A DNA stretch of 64,000 nucleotides, taken from positions 4,533 to 68,532 of the forward strand of contig CALCJW010000192.1 in assembly GCA_937967235.1 (NCBI GenBank), given 5' to 3'. Shown here one piece after another: positions 38,883-47,586 of this stretch; position 1 is the first letter of the stretch; each line of letters opens with the position of its first letter. A program made the translations under genes and the position numbers. Source of the stretch: an uncultured Clostridia bacterium. Its GTDB lineage: Bacteria > Bacillota > Clostridia > Oscillospirales > Oscillospiraceae. Under the pieces are notes generated by a model. The model made no database searches. It worked only from the letters and a program-made list of their open reading frames with translations, and was not told where the DNA came from.

Positions 38883-39371
38883 TCAGAACATTTTCAGTTG
38901 GAAGCATTCGGGCTCCTGAGCCATCACCGGCTGCGGGGTCAGACGCTTCTTCATGAACATATCGTAGGGAGCAGCCTCGATGCCGTAGCGTTTGTACATC
39001 GTCCGCGTCTTAGGGTTGCTCTCCACGGCGTAGTAGTGGGCTCCCTTCGGGCCGTCCTGCTCACCATGCTTGGGGAAAATCCAGTTTTTGAGGGCACGTT
39101 CCTTGAACACCGGCGGCTCACCGTTGATGTCATTGAAGTACCATTCATCCGGCTGCCAGCCGGTCTTCTTCTTGATGTTCTCCATCGTCTGCCGCATCTG
39201 ATAGTCCGGGCGGGCTGTCACGATGATAACGTAATCGTCGCGGATAGCCTCGATCAGATCAGCGCGGTACTCCTCCGCGGCCATACGGCGGGTGAAGGGG
39301 CGAAGCAGCCGGGTGTCTGCCTGGTTGCCAACGAGGGTGTAGTTCAGGTCGAGCAAGCAAATATTTTTCAT
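38883..39371 (-). CDS. HAD-like fold protein (putative phosphatase; catalytic DxD is degenerate as DLN)
   Basis: MKNICLLDLNYTLV...YVIIVTARP resembles HAD motifs I and II. Confidence 0.35.
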   Translation of the reverse strand: MKNICLLDLNYTLVGNQADTRLLRPFTRRMAAEEYRADLIEAIRDDYVIIVTARPDYQMRQTMENIKKKTGWQPDEWYFNDINGEPPVFKERALKNWIFPKHGEQDGPKGAHYYAVESNPKTRTMYKRYGIEAAPYDMFMKKRLTPQPVMAQEPECFQLKMF

Positions 39372-39530
39372 GGTTAGTTATCTCCTTTACATTGCTTCTG
39401 TAATAATTATACCACTTTTTTCACGTTCTGTCATAGGTTTTTGAAAAGATGGTGCATATTTTTTCAGCAATGAAGGGAGTCAACCGCCTGTCCACACTCT
39501 TTCATTGTGGAAGAGTATACCACAGATAAA

Positions 39531-39573
39531 TTGCACCTGTCCATTGCACAATTTTTGCACCGGCAAATTGCAC
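39531..39573. promoter_or_regulatory. four direct TTGCAC repeats (spacings 14/10/13 bp) immediately downstream of the ArpU-like gene and upstream of the late operon
   Basis: Read directly: TTGCAC at 39531, 39545, 39555 and 39568. Confidence 0.45.
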
Positions 39574-39577
39574 GCCC

Positions 39578-40084
39578 TTATCTGAGGGCGTCCGCGCCGT
39601 AGAGCCACACCGCAAGCCGCTGTACAAGCCGTTTTCGGTTCCTCCAGACGGTCGAGGTGTCGCACGGAATGAGCTTTGCAACGTCCTCGTCTGGAAGGTT
39701 GTCGATGTACCGCCCAACGACGGTCTGATAATAGGCGTCGTCCTGAATGACCTCCAGGGCCCGCTCCATCGTATTGATCTCGTGCTCGTCCGCTGCGATC
39801 GTAGCCTGCATATCAGTCAGCACCGCTTCCCAGATTTCCTCTGGGGTAAGCCGCACGCCGGTCTTGATAAAACGGGTAATGCTCTTGCTGCGCTCCTTCG
39901 GCCCGTACTTCAAGAACTCCTCCAGCTTGTCCTTGTCCTCGGCTTGCTTCTGGAGTAGGGTCGGTAGGGCGTAAAGACGGCGTTCGGTCGCCTTGAACGC
40001 ATCCTTCGCGGTGTGCCCTGCTGATACGCGACCAGCCTGCACGGCCTCTACGATGATCGCCCGAATATCCTCTGCTTTGTTCAT
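39578..40084 (-). CDS. ArpU/RinA-like late transcriptional activator (sigma region-4-like HTH)
   Basis: C-terminal LIPCDTSTVWRNRKRLVQRLAV; positioned upstream of the packaging module. Confidence 0.6.
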   Translation of the reverse strand: MNKAEDIRAIIVEAVQAGRVSAGHTAKDAFKATERRLYALPTLLQKQAEDKDKLEEFLKYGPKERSKSITRFIKTGVRLTPEEIWEAVLTDMQATIAADEHEINTMERALEVIQDDAYYQTVVGRYIDNLPDEDVAKLIPCDTSTVWRNRKRLVQRLAVWLYGADALR

Positions 40085-40124
40085 TGGCTTCCGCCTCCTG
40101 ATTTCTTCCGCCCCACCGGGGCTT

Positions 40125-40307
40125 TTACTTTTTACCGGTCAAAACGCCTGTGATCTTCTCGCGGATGGTCTTCGGCTTGGCCTGCACCTTCGGCTCTACG
40201 GTGACTTCCTGCTTGCTGCGGCAGGCGCAGCCGGTTGTCTGCTGCTTCTCCAGCACAGCAAGGCGGCGTTCCAACTGTCGGATGCGTTTATTCTCCCTTT
40301 TGCTCAT
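40125..40307 (-). CDS. small basic coiled-coil protein
   Basis: 60-aa ORF. Confidence 0.3.
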   Translation of the reverse strand: MSKRENKRIRQLERRLAVLEKQQTTGCACRSKQEVTVEPKVQAKPKTIREKITGVLTGKK

Positions 40308-40842
40308 TGCGTACCTCCTCCAGCTCTCTCACATAGCCCCAACTCTGAGGCGGGCGGGTGATCTCCACGGGCTCCATGCCAAACCTTGTATTTCGCAAGC
40401 CGGTGAGCTCCTGGAGCTTCCGGGGCCTGTCGTAAATTCTGAGATCGGAAATGTGCCAGCCGTAGCCGTCGCCGCCTTTGAGATACTTTTCAGCTTCCGC
40501 TTTAGTCAAGCAGGCAGCTTGAAGCAGCTCGTCGGCAGGCTTATACCACAAGTCCGGGGTCACAATTTGCAGCTTCGGCGGTTCGTTGCTTCCCATCGCT
40601 TCAACATGGGCCAGCCTGTCGATTTTGTCACAAGTGAACTCGCCGATCACTCTGCTGTCCATTTTCTGCACGCCCGCCTTGGGCGATTTCATAACCCAGC
40701 CATCATGACCGGTGCAGTAGATGTACGCCTTGAACGGCGTTTCCAGTGTCGGACGTGTCTTGCGTACCTCGACTTCCTTCATTCCTGCCCAGATCATCTT
40801 GCACCAGTTGGGCCGGATGCTCAGCAAAACAGCTTTACTCAC
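40288..40842 (-). CDS. ASCH (PUA-like) domain protein
   Basis: GTG start after GGAGGTG: VSKAVLLSIRPNWCKMIWAGMKEVEVRKTRP. The ORF-track N-terminus is spurious. Confidence 0.6.
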   Translation of the reverse strand: MSKAVLLSIRPNWCKMIWAGMKEVEVRKTRPTLETPFKAYIYCTGHDGWVMKSPKAGVQKMDSRVIGEFTCDKIDRLAHVEAMGSNEPPKLQIVTPDLWYKPADELLQAACLTKAEAEKYLKGGDGYGWHISDLRIYDRPRKLQELTGLRNTRFGMEPVEITRPPQSWGYVRELEEVRNEQKGE

Positions 40843-41506
40843 TTTGCACCTCCCCGCCGTCCAGGTCGTCTTTGAGCTGTTCGAGCTTTTCAAGCACGAT
40901 CTGTTGTACCTCTTCCGGCTTGCCGACGATCTCAACGAGCTGCGCCAGCATGATGTAAACGTCCGCGATTTCTCCCCTGACGCTCTCGTGGGCGACCTTG
41001 ATCTTCGCACCGTTGCGGTAGTTGAAGGTCACGGCCCGCTGGAGATTGCAGATCGCCTTCGTGAGTTCCGACATTTCCTTGATCGCCATCTGGAGCTGAG
41101 GGGCGGTGCCATACCGATTGATCGCCCGCCGGATGGTATTCAGGCCATAATCAGGAATGGCCGGGATGCCTGCATCCTCGTACCATTTGAGCTTTTCCCG
41201 CAGGGTCGCATAGGCCCACAAGATCGTGTAGTGCTCCGCGATCAGGCCATCGATGCTCTGCTTCGGGTCGTCGAAGAGGTGCTCGGTCAGGATTTCGGAG
41301 AGCTCCATATCGTTACAGTCCAGGTCGATGCTGCTGCCGTGGCCCTTGACGAGCTTCCGCATATACTCGGTCAGTGCCATTTCAGGCTGCCGCAGCCACA
41401 CCCAGCCGTCCTCGCTGACGTCGGTGAAGTTGAGGGCCGTCTGAAAATTGTCCACCGGGTTGTCGGTCGTCAGCCTCGGAACGCTCTTGATCTTCTGTTT
41501 ATCCAT
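40835..41506 (-). CDS. hypothetical phage protein
   Basis: Start MDKQKIKS with GGAGGAG RBS; 224 aa. Confidence 0.45.
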   Translation of the reverse strand: MDKQKIKSVPRLTTDNPVDNFQTALNFTDVSEDGWVWLRQPEMALTEYMRKLVKGHGSSIDLDCNDMELSEILTEHLFDDPKQSIDGLIAEHYTILWAYATLREKLKWYEDAGIPAIPDYGLNTIRRAINRYGTAPQLQMAIKEMSELTKAICNLQRAVTFNYRNGAKIKVAHESVRGEIADVYIMLAQLVEIVGKPEEVQQIVLEKLEQLKDDLDGGEVQSE

Positions 41507-41684
41507 CCTGCTCCTCCTTCTTTTCGAGCCGCAGGCAGCGGCCATCACGATACGCCATGCACCGCTCACCGCAGCAGCCACCAAACCGATCTTTGAAGTT
41601 TTCCTCTACGCGGTTTCCCGTGATGCGGGTACGCTGCCTCGTCAGAACCCGCCGGAACGGGCAAAATCTTGTTTCTTTGCTCAT
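41499..41684 (-). CDS. small Cys-rich (zinc-ribbon-like) protein
   Basis: MSKETRFCPF...GGCCGERC; ATGA overlap with the upstream gene. Confidence 0.3.
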   Translation of the reverse strand: MSKETRFCPFRRVLTRQRTRITGNRVEENFKDRFGGCCGERCMAYRDGRCLRLEKKEEQDG

Positions 41685-42238
41685 GAGTATTCCTCTCTTT
41701 CTACGCTCTGGGCCTCCAGGCCCTCCAAAAACAACGGCACGCCTGGAGCACCGATCTTCACCCGGTATTGCTCCACATCGGCCGGCATGATGTACTTCCT
41801 GCCGAAATTGCCCTTCATGTCCCGCCATACCACCCAGGGGATGCGGTAGAAAGCCACGCTTCCGAACGAGCACAGAACGAAGGCTACGCCTCCATACTGC
41901 TGCGCACGCTCCAGGCGTTCGGCCTGATCTTTCGTCACGCGATCCTGCATCATCTTCCCGGAGTCCGTGTACTTCGCCTCGAAATTCACGGCCCTGCCGC
42001 CCCACAGGAAGCCCTTGTAGTCGGCCTGTCCCTTGCCGGTATAGTGGGCAATGAACTTCCCGCCGCCCAGGTCTTTGGTGGGCTGCATCGGCTCAGGCGT
42101 CTTCTCGATGTCTGCAATCTGCCGCTCGCGGTATAGATTGCAGGCTGCGCTTATCATCTGTTCAAAAAAGGCCCCCTGGCACCGGCTCACCTTGCCGCGG
42201 TAGCTCCGGCGCAGGGCTTCTTGTTCACGATTCGTCAT
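41681..42238 (-). CDS. RecU-like Holliday-junction resolvase (tentative)
   Basis: 185-aa PDDEXK-like composition; common in Firmicutes phages. Confidence 0.45.
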   Translation of the reverse strand: MTNREQEALRRSYRGKVSRCQGAFFEQMISAACNLYRERQIADIEKTPEPMQPTKDLGGGKFIAHYTGKGQADYKGFLWGGRAVNFEAKYTDSGKMMQDRVTKDQAERLERAQQYGGVAFVLCSFGSVAFYRIPWVVWRDMKGNFGRKYIMPADVEQYRVKIGAPGVPLFLEGLEAQSVEREEYS

Positions 42239-42512
42239 TCAGGTGTGATCTCCCTTCCTCTTCGGTGGCAAACACGCTCTTGCCCCATTCATCCAGCAGG
42301 CGCAGGGTGAACGGCGTTTCCTCAACGATGCGGCGCGGCGTGACGACCTCTCCGAATAGAAAAATCTCTGCCTGCCGGACTCCGTAATGGCACGCGGGGT
42401 TCTCGCGGACTCTCCAGACCGCGGCTCCCAGCGGCACAGGAAGGCGGAGCAGCAGTCCGCGCTCCTCCTCTTCCCTGTACCGCCTCAGCTCTTCCCGATC
42501 TGCATCAGCCAT
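42225..42512 (-). CDS. hypothetical protein
   Basis: Internal start MADADREEL. Confidence 0.35.
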   Translation of the reverse strand: MADADREELRRYREEEERGLLLRLPVPLGAAVWRVRENPACHYGVRQAEIFLFGEVVTPRRIVEETPFTLRLLDEWGKSVFATEEEGRSHLNDES

Positions 42513-42807
42513 CCGACACCTCCGCGCTCTTGATAAACCCGCGATCGACCGCGATGCTGCGAATCTTGCGGATGGTGGCGTCACTGACGCGCAGGCCGCT
42601 CGTGGTGCGGATGCTCAGGGTGTCCAGGAACTCGTTCACGATCTCCTCTTTGGACGGTGCAGGGGCCGCACTGCGGGCCTCCCGCTCCCTTTCGAGCAGG
42701 CCGTCCAGATACTCACAGATCTGGGCGTCGGTCATTTTGCGGAACTGTACGGCGCGGGCGTGCTGGGCACGCTCCAGGTCAGTCATTCGGCAGTTTTTCT
42801 TTTTCAT
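42505..42807 (-). CDS. hypothetical protein
   Basis: Start MKKKNCRMTDLERAQ with AGGAGGG RBS. Confidence 0.4.
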   Translation of the reverse strand: MKKKNCRMTDLERAQHARAVQFRKMTDAQICEYLDGLLEREREARSAAPAPSKEEIVNEFLDTLSIRTTSGLRVSDATIRKIRSIAVDRGFIKSAEVSDG

Positions 42808-42850
42808 TCTGGTTGTCCCTCCTGTTTGGTGGGGAGCTTCCAGGGCTCGA

Positions 42851-43039
42851 TCATGGCCTATGGCCTCTCCCCATCCATCTTTCTTGTTCAAAAGCGTTCT
42901 TGCCAACATAGCAAGAGGCATTTTGTTCTTTCTCGCGGGCCTTCTCAGCGAGGTGGAATTTTCTCCACGCTGCATACTTCTCGCAAGAATCGTGACAGAT
43001 CGGGTGCCGGTCGGCACAGTCTTTGCACGGGTTAGTCAT
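42851..43039 (-). CDS. small Cys/His-rich protein
   Basis: CKDCADRHPICHDSCEKY. Confidence 0.4.
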   Translation of the reverse strand: MTNPCKDCADRHPICHDSCEKYAAWRKFHLAEKAREKEQNASCYVGKNAFEQERWMGRGHRP

Positions 43040-43283
43040 TGTTTAACATGGCCTCCAGGGAAAATTTCAGGTTGTCGTACTGATCGTTGAAGACCTTCTC
43101 AATGAAGCTCGTCCGGCAGCACTCCGCCAGGAACCCGAACGAGAGCTCCGTCCGCACGCCGAACGATTCATGTTCCAGCCCCAGGATTACAAGATTCCTG
43201 CCAACATCGAAGATGTAGGCGAACTTGTACCCGTCTGCCTCTGCCCTGGCAGCCAGCTTCGCTACGGCTTCTTTGATGCTCAT
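43032..43283 (-). CDS. hypothetical protein
   Basis: Start MSIKEAVAKLA with AAGGAGG RBS. The ORF-track N-terminus is an Arg-rich artefact. Confidence 0.4.
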   Translation of the reverse strand: MSIKEAVAKLAARAEADGYKFAYIFDVGRNLVILGLEHESFGVRTELSFGFLAECCRTSFIEKVFNDQYDNLKFSLEAMLNND

Positions 43284-43711
43284 TCGTTCGCCTCCTTGAA
43301 CGTGAACCAGCTCCAGTCGATGATCTTCCCACAGATCGGGCAGACCTCCGGCATGTCGCCGGTTTCGTGATCGCACTCCAGCTCCGCGCCGCAGCTGCAC
43401 AGCACGCGCCCGTCGCCGGTCATAGTGGCCCGCGCCCTGTCCGAGCCCGCGATCTTCACCGTGACGCCGAGCTCGGCTTCCAGCTCCTCGTAGAGCTTCA
43501 CCAGATGCGAGCCATCGCCGCCGGGGATAGCCCTGCCGTGTTCGTCTAGGAAGATTTTGTCCGATGGAACAGAACGGCTCGCGTGCTTCTTGCCCGCCGT
43601 CAAGCTCAGGGTTATAGCCCCGTGCTCGACGTCGTAATTCCACGTCCAGCCAGCAACGCCGTTGGCGCAGGCCCGCCTCCTGAGCTCGTTCACAGCCTCA
43701 TTCGCCGTCAT
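43280..43711 (-). CDS. hypothetical protein with a C-terminal zinc ribbon
   Basis: CSCGAELECDHE...CPICGK. Confidence 0.45.
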   Translation of the reverse strand: MTANEAVNELRRRACANGVAGWTWNYDVEHGAITLSLTAGKKHASRSVPSDKIFLDEHGRAIPGGDGSHLVKLYEELEAELGVTVKIAGSDRARATMTGDGRVLCSCGAELECDHETGDMPEVCPICGKIIDWSWFTFKEANE

Positions 43712-44246
43712 TCTCGTTCGCCTCCTTTATCACCCATACCTTGTGTTTTCCGTAGCCAGACCAGGCCAGCGCGTCCTCGTGCGTGCCGGACACGGCCACG
43801 TCCAGGTGCTTGCCCTGGATGCCAGAGCCCTTATCCTGCACCACGCGGACTCCGACGCCCTCGATGTAGAGCACCGTCCCGAACGGGAAGATCGACTGAT
43901 CGGCGGCGACGGTCTGATCTGGAGTAAAGGGAGCACCACTTGCCGTGATGCCTTTCCCCTCCCCGCAGATGTGCGGGTACTTCTCGCCGCAATACGCGGT
44001 ACACTCGAACTCTCCAGCGTCTATGAGCTCCAGGCCATCCGGCAGCACGATCTCTGCTTCATCGGCGGCTTTCTGCAAGTCCTCGATCGTCTGTTCGTCC
44101 CGCATGGCCCGCGTCTGCCAGTTCTCCAGGCGGCTCCTGTTGATGATCTGCTGGCCCTCCAGGTCGTCAATGCGGGCATCCTTCAAGCTGAGCTGTGCGC
44201 AGTTGACAGCCTCCAGGACGATCAGCAGGCCCAGGATAGCCTTCAT
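43698..44246 (-). CDS. secreted 3D-domain (MltA/RlpA-like) protein
   Basis: Signal peptide MKAILGLLIVLEA; TAYCGE...GTVLYIEGVGVRVVQDKGSGIQGKHLDVA is a 3D domain. Confidence 0.6.
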   Translation of the reverse strand: MKAILGLLIVLEAVNCAQLSLKDARIDDLEGQQIINRSRLENWQTRAMRDEQTIEDLQKAADEAEIVLPDGLELIDAGEFECTAYCGEKYPHICGEGKGITASGAPFTPDQTVAADQSIFPFGTVLYIEGVGVRVVQDKGSGIQGKHLDVAVSGTHEDALAWSGYGKHKVWVIKEANENDGE

Positions 44247-45082
44247 TCTCCATCCCATTCAGCCACCGCCTTTTTGTCTGCCAGGTCGATGCCCTCCGGG
44301 CACTCCCTGAGCAACTGATCTCCCCAAACGCCTTTGAGGTTGTCCTTCATGAACACCGGCACGCCCGCGGTCTTCGCATCGGTCACGATCGACTCTACCC
44401 ACTCCCGCTTCGGCTGGTGAGCCTTGCTGCCAGGGCCCGTCATGGCACCGATGATGCACCAGCCCACCTTCTTGACGGCCTGAGCACCGACGCCCTCGAA
44501 GGGCTGGAGCAGCGGCTCCATGCTGACGAAGGTGTTGTGGTAGTCACTCCACCAGAAAGAATCCTCCGGGCCGGTGATCGTCGAACCGTACCAGAAGTTC
44601 GGCTCCTCCGGCAAAATGCCCTTCCGGGCCAGCTCCATATACCGGCTCGGATTCTTCGTCAGGAACAGGTAGACGTGCTGCGGGGCCTCTTTGCAAGCCT
44701 CCAGCACTTCGGCGATCCACTCGTCCGGCACCCAGTCGCCGAACAGATCGGCCATGCTGCACACGAACACCACAGACGGAATCAGCCGCTTCCGCGGGTA
44801 GTCCATCATGTAGCGGTGGAACGTGGGCAGGAAGCCCATCGGGTAGGGCGTGCTCCGAATGTACTTGCCGGACTCGTCCAGCAGCTTCACCGGTTTCTCG
44901 GACACGAAACATCCTGCTGCGCCCTTCGCCTCGCTCAACTGCTCGTCGGGCCACTCGCACGGGTGCGGCGCAAAACGGTCGATGAACCGGCGGGCATAAC
45001 AATAGCTGCATCCGTTCCGGCAGCCCGTCACCGGGTTCCAGGTGTGAGTACACCACTCGATCTTACTCTTGTGCAGATTCAT
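44243..45082 (-). CDS. phage Gp37/Gp68 family protein (DUF5131)
   Basis: MNLHKSKIEWCTHTWNPVTGCRNGCSYCYA. Confidence 0.65.
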   Translation of the reverse strand: MNLHKSKIEWCTHTWNPVTGCRNGCSYCYARRFIDRFAPHPCEWPDEQLSEAKGAAGCFVSEKPVKLLDESGKYIRSTPYPMGFLPTFHRYMMDYPRKRLIPSVVFVCSMADLFGDWVPDEWIAEVLEACKEAPQHVYLFLTKNPSRYMELARKGILPEEPNFWYGSTITGPEDSFWWSDYHNTFVSMEPLLQPFEGVGAQAVKKVGWCIIGAMTGPGSKAHQPKREWVESIVTDAKTAGVPVFMKDNLKGVWGDQLLRECPEGIDLADKKAVAEWDGE

Positions 45083-45374
45083 GGTTAGTTTCCTTTCCTG
45101 CCGCTTCCGCGCTGTCTTCCGAGTCCCGGAAGATGTCAGCCGCGGGCTGAACGGCAAACTTCTCTTTTGCGGGGGTCTTGGCGGCTTCCGCCTCGGCTTC
45201 CATGTCGAAGAGGCTGTACTGCTTCTCCATAAACTGCCGGTATTCCTCTTCCTCCCGCATCTTCTTCAAGCAGCAGGGCCCGTACCCATCCCGCAAGCCC
45301 TGTTCGCTTGTCAGGATGCCGCCGCACCTCTTGCAGCGGCGGGCCGGTACATTGAAAATGACGCCATCGCTCAT
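45063..45374 (-). CDS. hypothetical Cys-containing protein
   Basis: RRCKRCGG...GPCC. Confidence 0.4.
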   Translation of the reverse strand: MSDGVIFNVPARRCKRCGGILTSEQGLRDGYGPCCLKKMREEEEYRQFMEKQYSLFDMEAEAEAAKTPAKEKFAVQPAADIFRDSEDSAEAAGKETNHESAQE

Positions 45375-45553
45375 TTCTTTTCCTCCGTACCCTCCAGATC
45401 AGGGGCCTTACATAACCCGCATTTGGCAGGGTCGTTCTTGCAACTGTTGTAGCAGCCCCGCCGACGAAACCCGCAGTCGGAACAGCAGACGCTCTTCCGA
45501 CGCCGATCGCAGTAAAAGATCGTGCAGACGCGGGGCTTATTCTCACTCGGCAT
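45371..45553 (-). CDS. small Cys-rich protein
   Basis: Ten Cys in 60 aa. Confidence 0.35.
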   Translation of the reverse strand: MPSENKPRVCTIFYCDRRRKSVCCSDCGFRRRGCYNSCKNDPAKCGLCKAPDLEGTEEKK

Positions 45554-45917
45554 TTGGGCCTCCGTTCTCCGGCACGATCTTCCTCAGCGTGAGTGTGACC
45601 TCGCTGCCGTCGCCGGTCACCCACTTGTACTCCATGCTGTCCACGCCGTCGATTTCCCGGATTGCCAGGAAATAGTCGCGGACAGCCTCGACCGCCTCAG
45701 TTGTAACGCGATCTCTGTCTTTCCATTCGCCCTTGCTGTTGGTGATGCCGGCATAAATGCCGCCAATCCCAGCACTCACATGAAACCCAGGCATTTTGAC
45801 GTCCTCCTCCGCCCAGCTCGACGCCTCCAGGCAGTCGATTACAAACCAGACCAGCAAGCCGCAGATTACAGCAGCAGCCACCGGCACAACAATTTTGAAA
45901 AAGATGGTCTCGATCAT
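45543..45917 (-). CDS. small membrane protein
   Basis: Start MIETIFFKIVVPVAAAVICGLLVWFV. Confidence 0.4.
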   Translation of the reverse strand: MIETIFFKIVVPVAAAVICGLLVWFVIDCLEASSWAEEDVKMPGFHVSAGIGGIYAGITNSKGEWKDRDRVTTEAVEAVRDYFLAIREIDGVDSMEYKWVTGDGSEVTLTLRKIVPENGGPNAE

Positions 45918-45933
45918 GTTCCGCCTTTCTTTG

Positions 45934-46495
45934 TCACTCCGGCGGCAGCTCGTCGCCCCAAGCGTCCCATCCAGTCGCTCGCTGCCTCGCAAAAAGCTCG
46001 ATTCTGGGTACGTCGCCCATCAAGGTTACGATGCGCTTCCGAACCTCGTCCGGCTTTACGCTGTGCGCCTGTATCGGTTCCTCGACAATTTGATGCACGG
46101 CATGGCTCTTGATCTGCTCTTTTGCCTTGAAGTCTGGTGTGATACCGAGCAGGCAAACCTCCGCGTTGGCGCGGGTATATGCTCCCATGCCCCAAAACGG
46201 GGTACCGCTCTTGCGGTTTTTCTTCACCCAGACGAAAGCTGCCGTCTTGTACTCGAACCCCCATGCCCGCATCACGCGTAGCGCATCCGGGATAGTCGGG
46301 AAGGTTGCCCACATAAACAAGGCGCAGCCCCCCCCCCGCAAGCCTCTGAACCGGAAGTGCGCAGATGTCCTCAACCGCCATCGTGTGATAGTGCTGCACC
46401 GCGTTCCCGCGGCTCTTCGGGCCCGTCCCGCACTGGCGGTACGACCACGGCGGGTCAGCATAGATAACGGAATAGGTCTTGTCAGGAAGATTCAT
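45934..46495 (-). pseudogene. MT-A70 family N6-adenine DNA methyltransferase, frameshifted at a C10 (coding-strand G10) tract; phase-variable or assembly error
   Basis: N-terminus MNLPDKTYSVIYADPPWSY...HYHTMAVEDICALPVQRLAGGG is in one frame. The rest, ALFMWATFPTIPDALRVMRAWGFEY...ARQRATGWDAWGDE, is in the -1 frame. The junction falls exactly on the homopolymer at 46328..46337. Confidence 0.7.
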
Positions 46496-46781
46496 CTTCG
46501 GCTCCCTTCATGCAGCCTTCGCGCTTTTCGCCGCGGGACCGCGCATCGGCTTCCGCAAGGGTTTCGATGTCGAACGAATCAAGCCCGCCGTGCTGGACGA
46601 TCGCATTCAGGAGTTTTACCTCCTTCGCCAATTCAAGCAGCGTTCTTTTACCCGTCATTGACTTTGTTGCCCCATACAGAAGGTTGTTCAGAGAGATTAT
46701 CTCCTCGCCGGTCAGTATGACCACTGCAAAGCCGTTCTCATTTTTTGCGTCGTCACGATGGACGAGTGAATGTATTCTCAC
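46482..46781 (-). CDS. hypothetical protein
   Basis: 99-aa ORF. Confidence 0.35.
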   Translation of the reverse strand: MRIHSLVHRDDAKNENGFAVVILTGEEIISLNNLLYGATKSMTGKRTLLELAKEVKLLNAIVQHGGLDSFDIETLAEADARSRGEKREGCMKGAEDESS

Positions 46782-47329
46782 TGTTTCCTCTCCTCCTCCC
46801 GAATAATTTCGAGATCGTAACCGCTCGCCACGAACCGAAGGCAGAGGTCGTGCTGGATGCCGTTGCCCAGGTAGGTGTAGATCAGCTCCATGTCGTCCCG
46901 CGTGAACTTCGTGTCCAACAGCTTGTTGATGCCGTCCAGGTGTTCATCCTGGAGCTTGCAAGAGCGCCCCTTGAACGCGTTCCGGGAACAGTCCTCCAGG
47001 ACAGCCGCCTTGAAGTCCTGCTCGTCGCGTACCTGATTCAGCATAATGTACGTGTTGGCCTTCGGGATCAGAATGAGCTCGTTGTACATATTGACGAATG
47101 CTGCCGGGAAAGCTGCCCGGATTTTCCGGGCCCAGGGAGCGGCGAGCGCGTCGAACCTGTCGTCCAGCACATCCTCTTTGGCCTCCGTACTGCCGATCGT
47201 CGGGGCCTGCAAGACCATTGCCATGATCTTGGAAACGATGATGCCGGGCGGCTGTTTGAGCATCGAGCTCGCCTCGGCCGCAATTTGCTCGTAGAGGACA
47301 ACTGCGTCGATCGGTCTTTCCTCAACCAT
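46778..47329 (-). CDS. hypothetical phage protein
   Basis: 183-aa ORF. Confidence 0.45.
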   Translation of the reverse strand: MVEERPIDAVVLYEQIAAEASSMLKQPPGIIVSKIMAMVLQAPTIGSTEAKEDVLDDRFDALAAPWARKIRAAFPAAFVNMYNELILIPKANTYIMLNQVRDEQDFKAAVLEDCSRNAFKGRSCKLQDEHLDGINKLLDTKFTRDDMELIYTYLGNGIQHDLCLRFVASGYDLEIIREEERKQ

Positions 47330-47586
47330 CTTCTTTCACCTCCAAGCCGATGAAGTCGCACACACAAACGCGGGAAGAGTCGCAGCGGTGGAGAAGATAA
47401 AGCCCATTGTGAAGGCCACCGGTAAAAACGTGAACCTTTTTTGCGCTCTTTTCGCCGACAAGATTCACATTCGCGGACGTTCCGTTGATTGCAAGCATCG
47501 TGTCGCGTTCGTCGGGCAGGGTAATGATCTGTCCGCATCCGAGGCATTTGTAGAGGCCTCCGCGGATGCTCGTATGTTTTTCAGCC
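47322..47586 (-). CDS. small CxxC zinc-ribbon protein, paralogue 1
   Basis: MAEKHTSIRGGLYKCLGCGQ...DFIGLEVKEDG. Confidence 0.45.

Noticed and set aside
39480-39717. Two overlapping minus-strand ORFs (61 and 71 aa) over the ArpU downstream gap
   Set aside because: They overlap each other and the ArpU 3' end, and cover the TTGCAC repeat region. More likely a regulatory non-coding stretch.
41499-42005. 168-aa ORF-track entry
   Set aside because: Arg/Gly-rich N-terminus in an alternative frame of the RecU-like gene. Only the C-terminal 61 aa (41499..41684), with its own ATGA-coupled start, is plausible.
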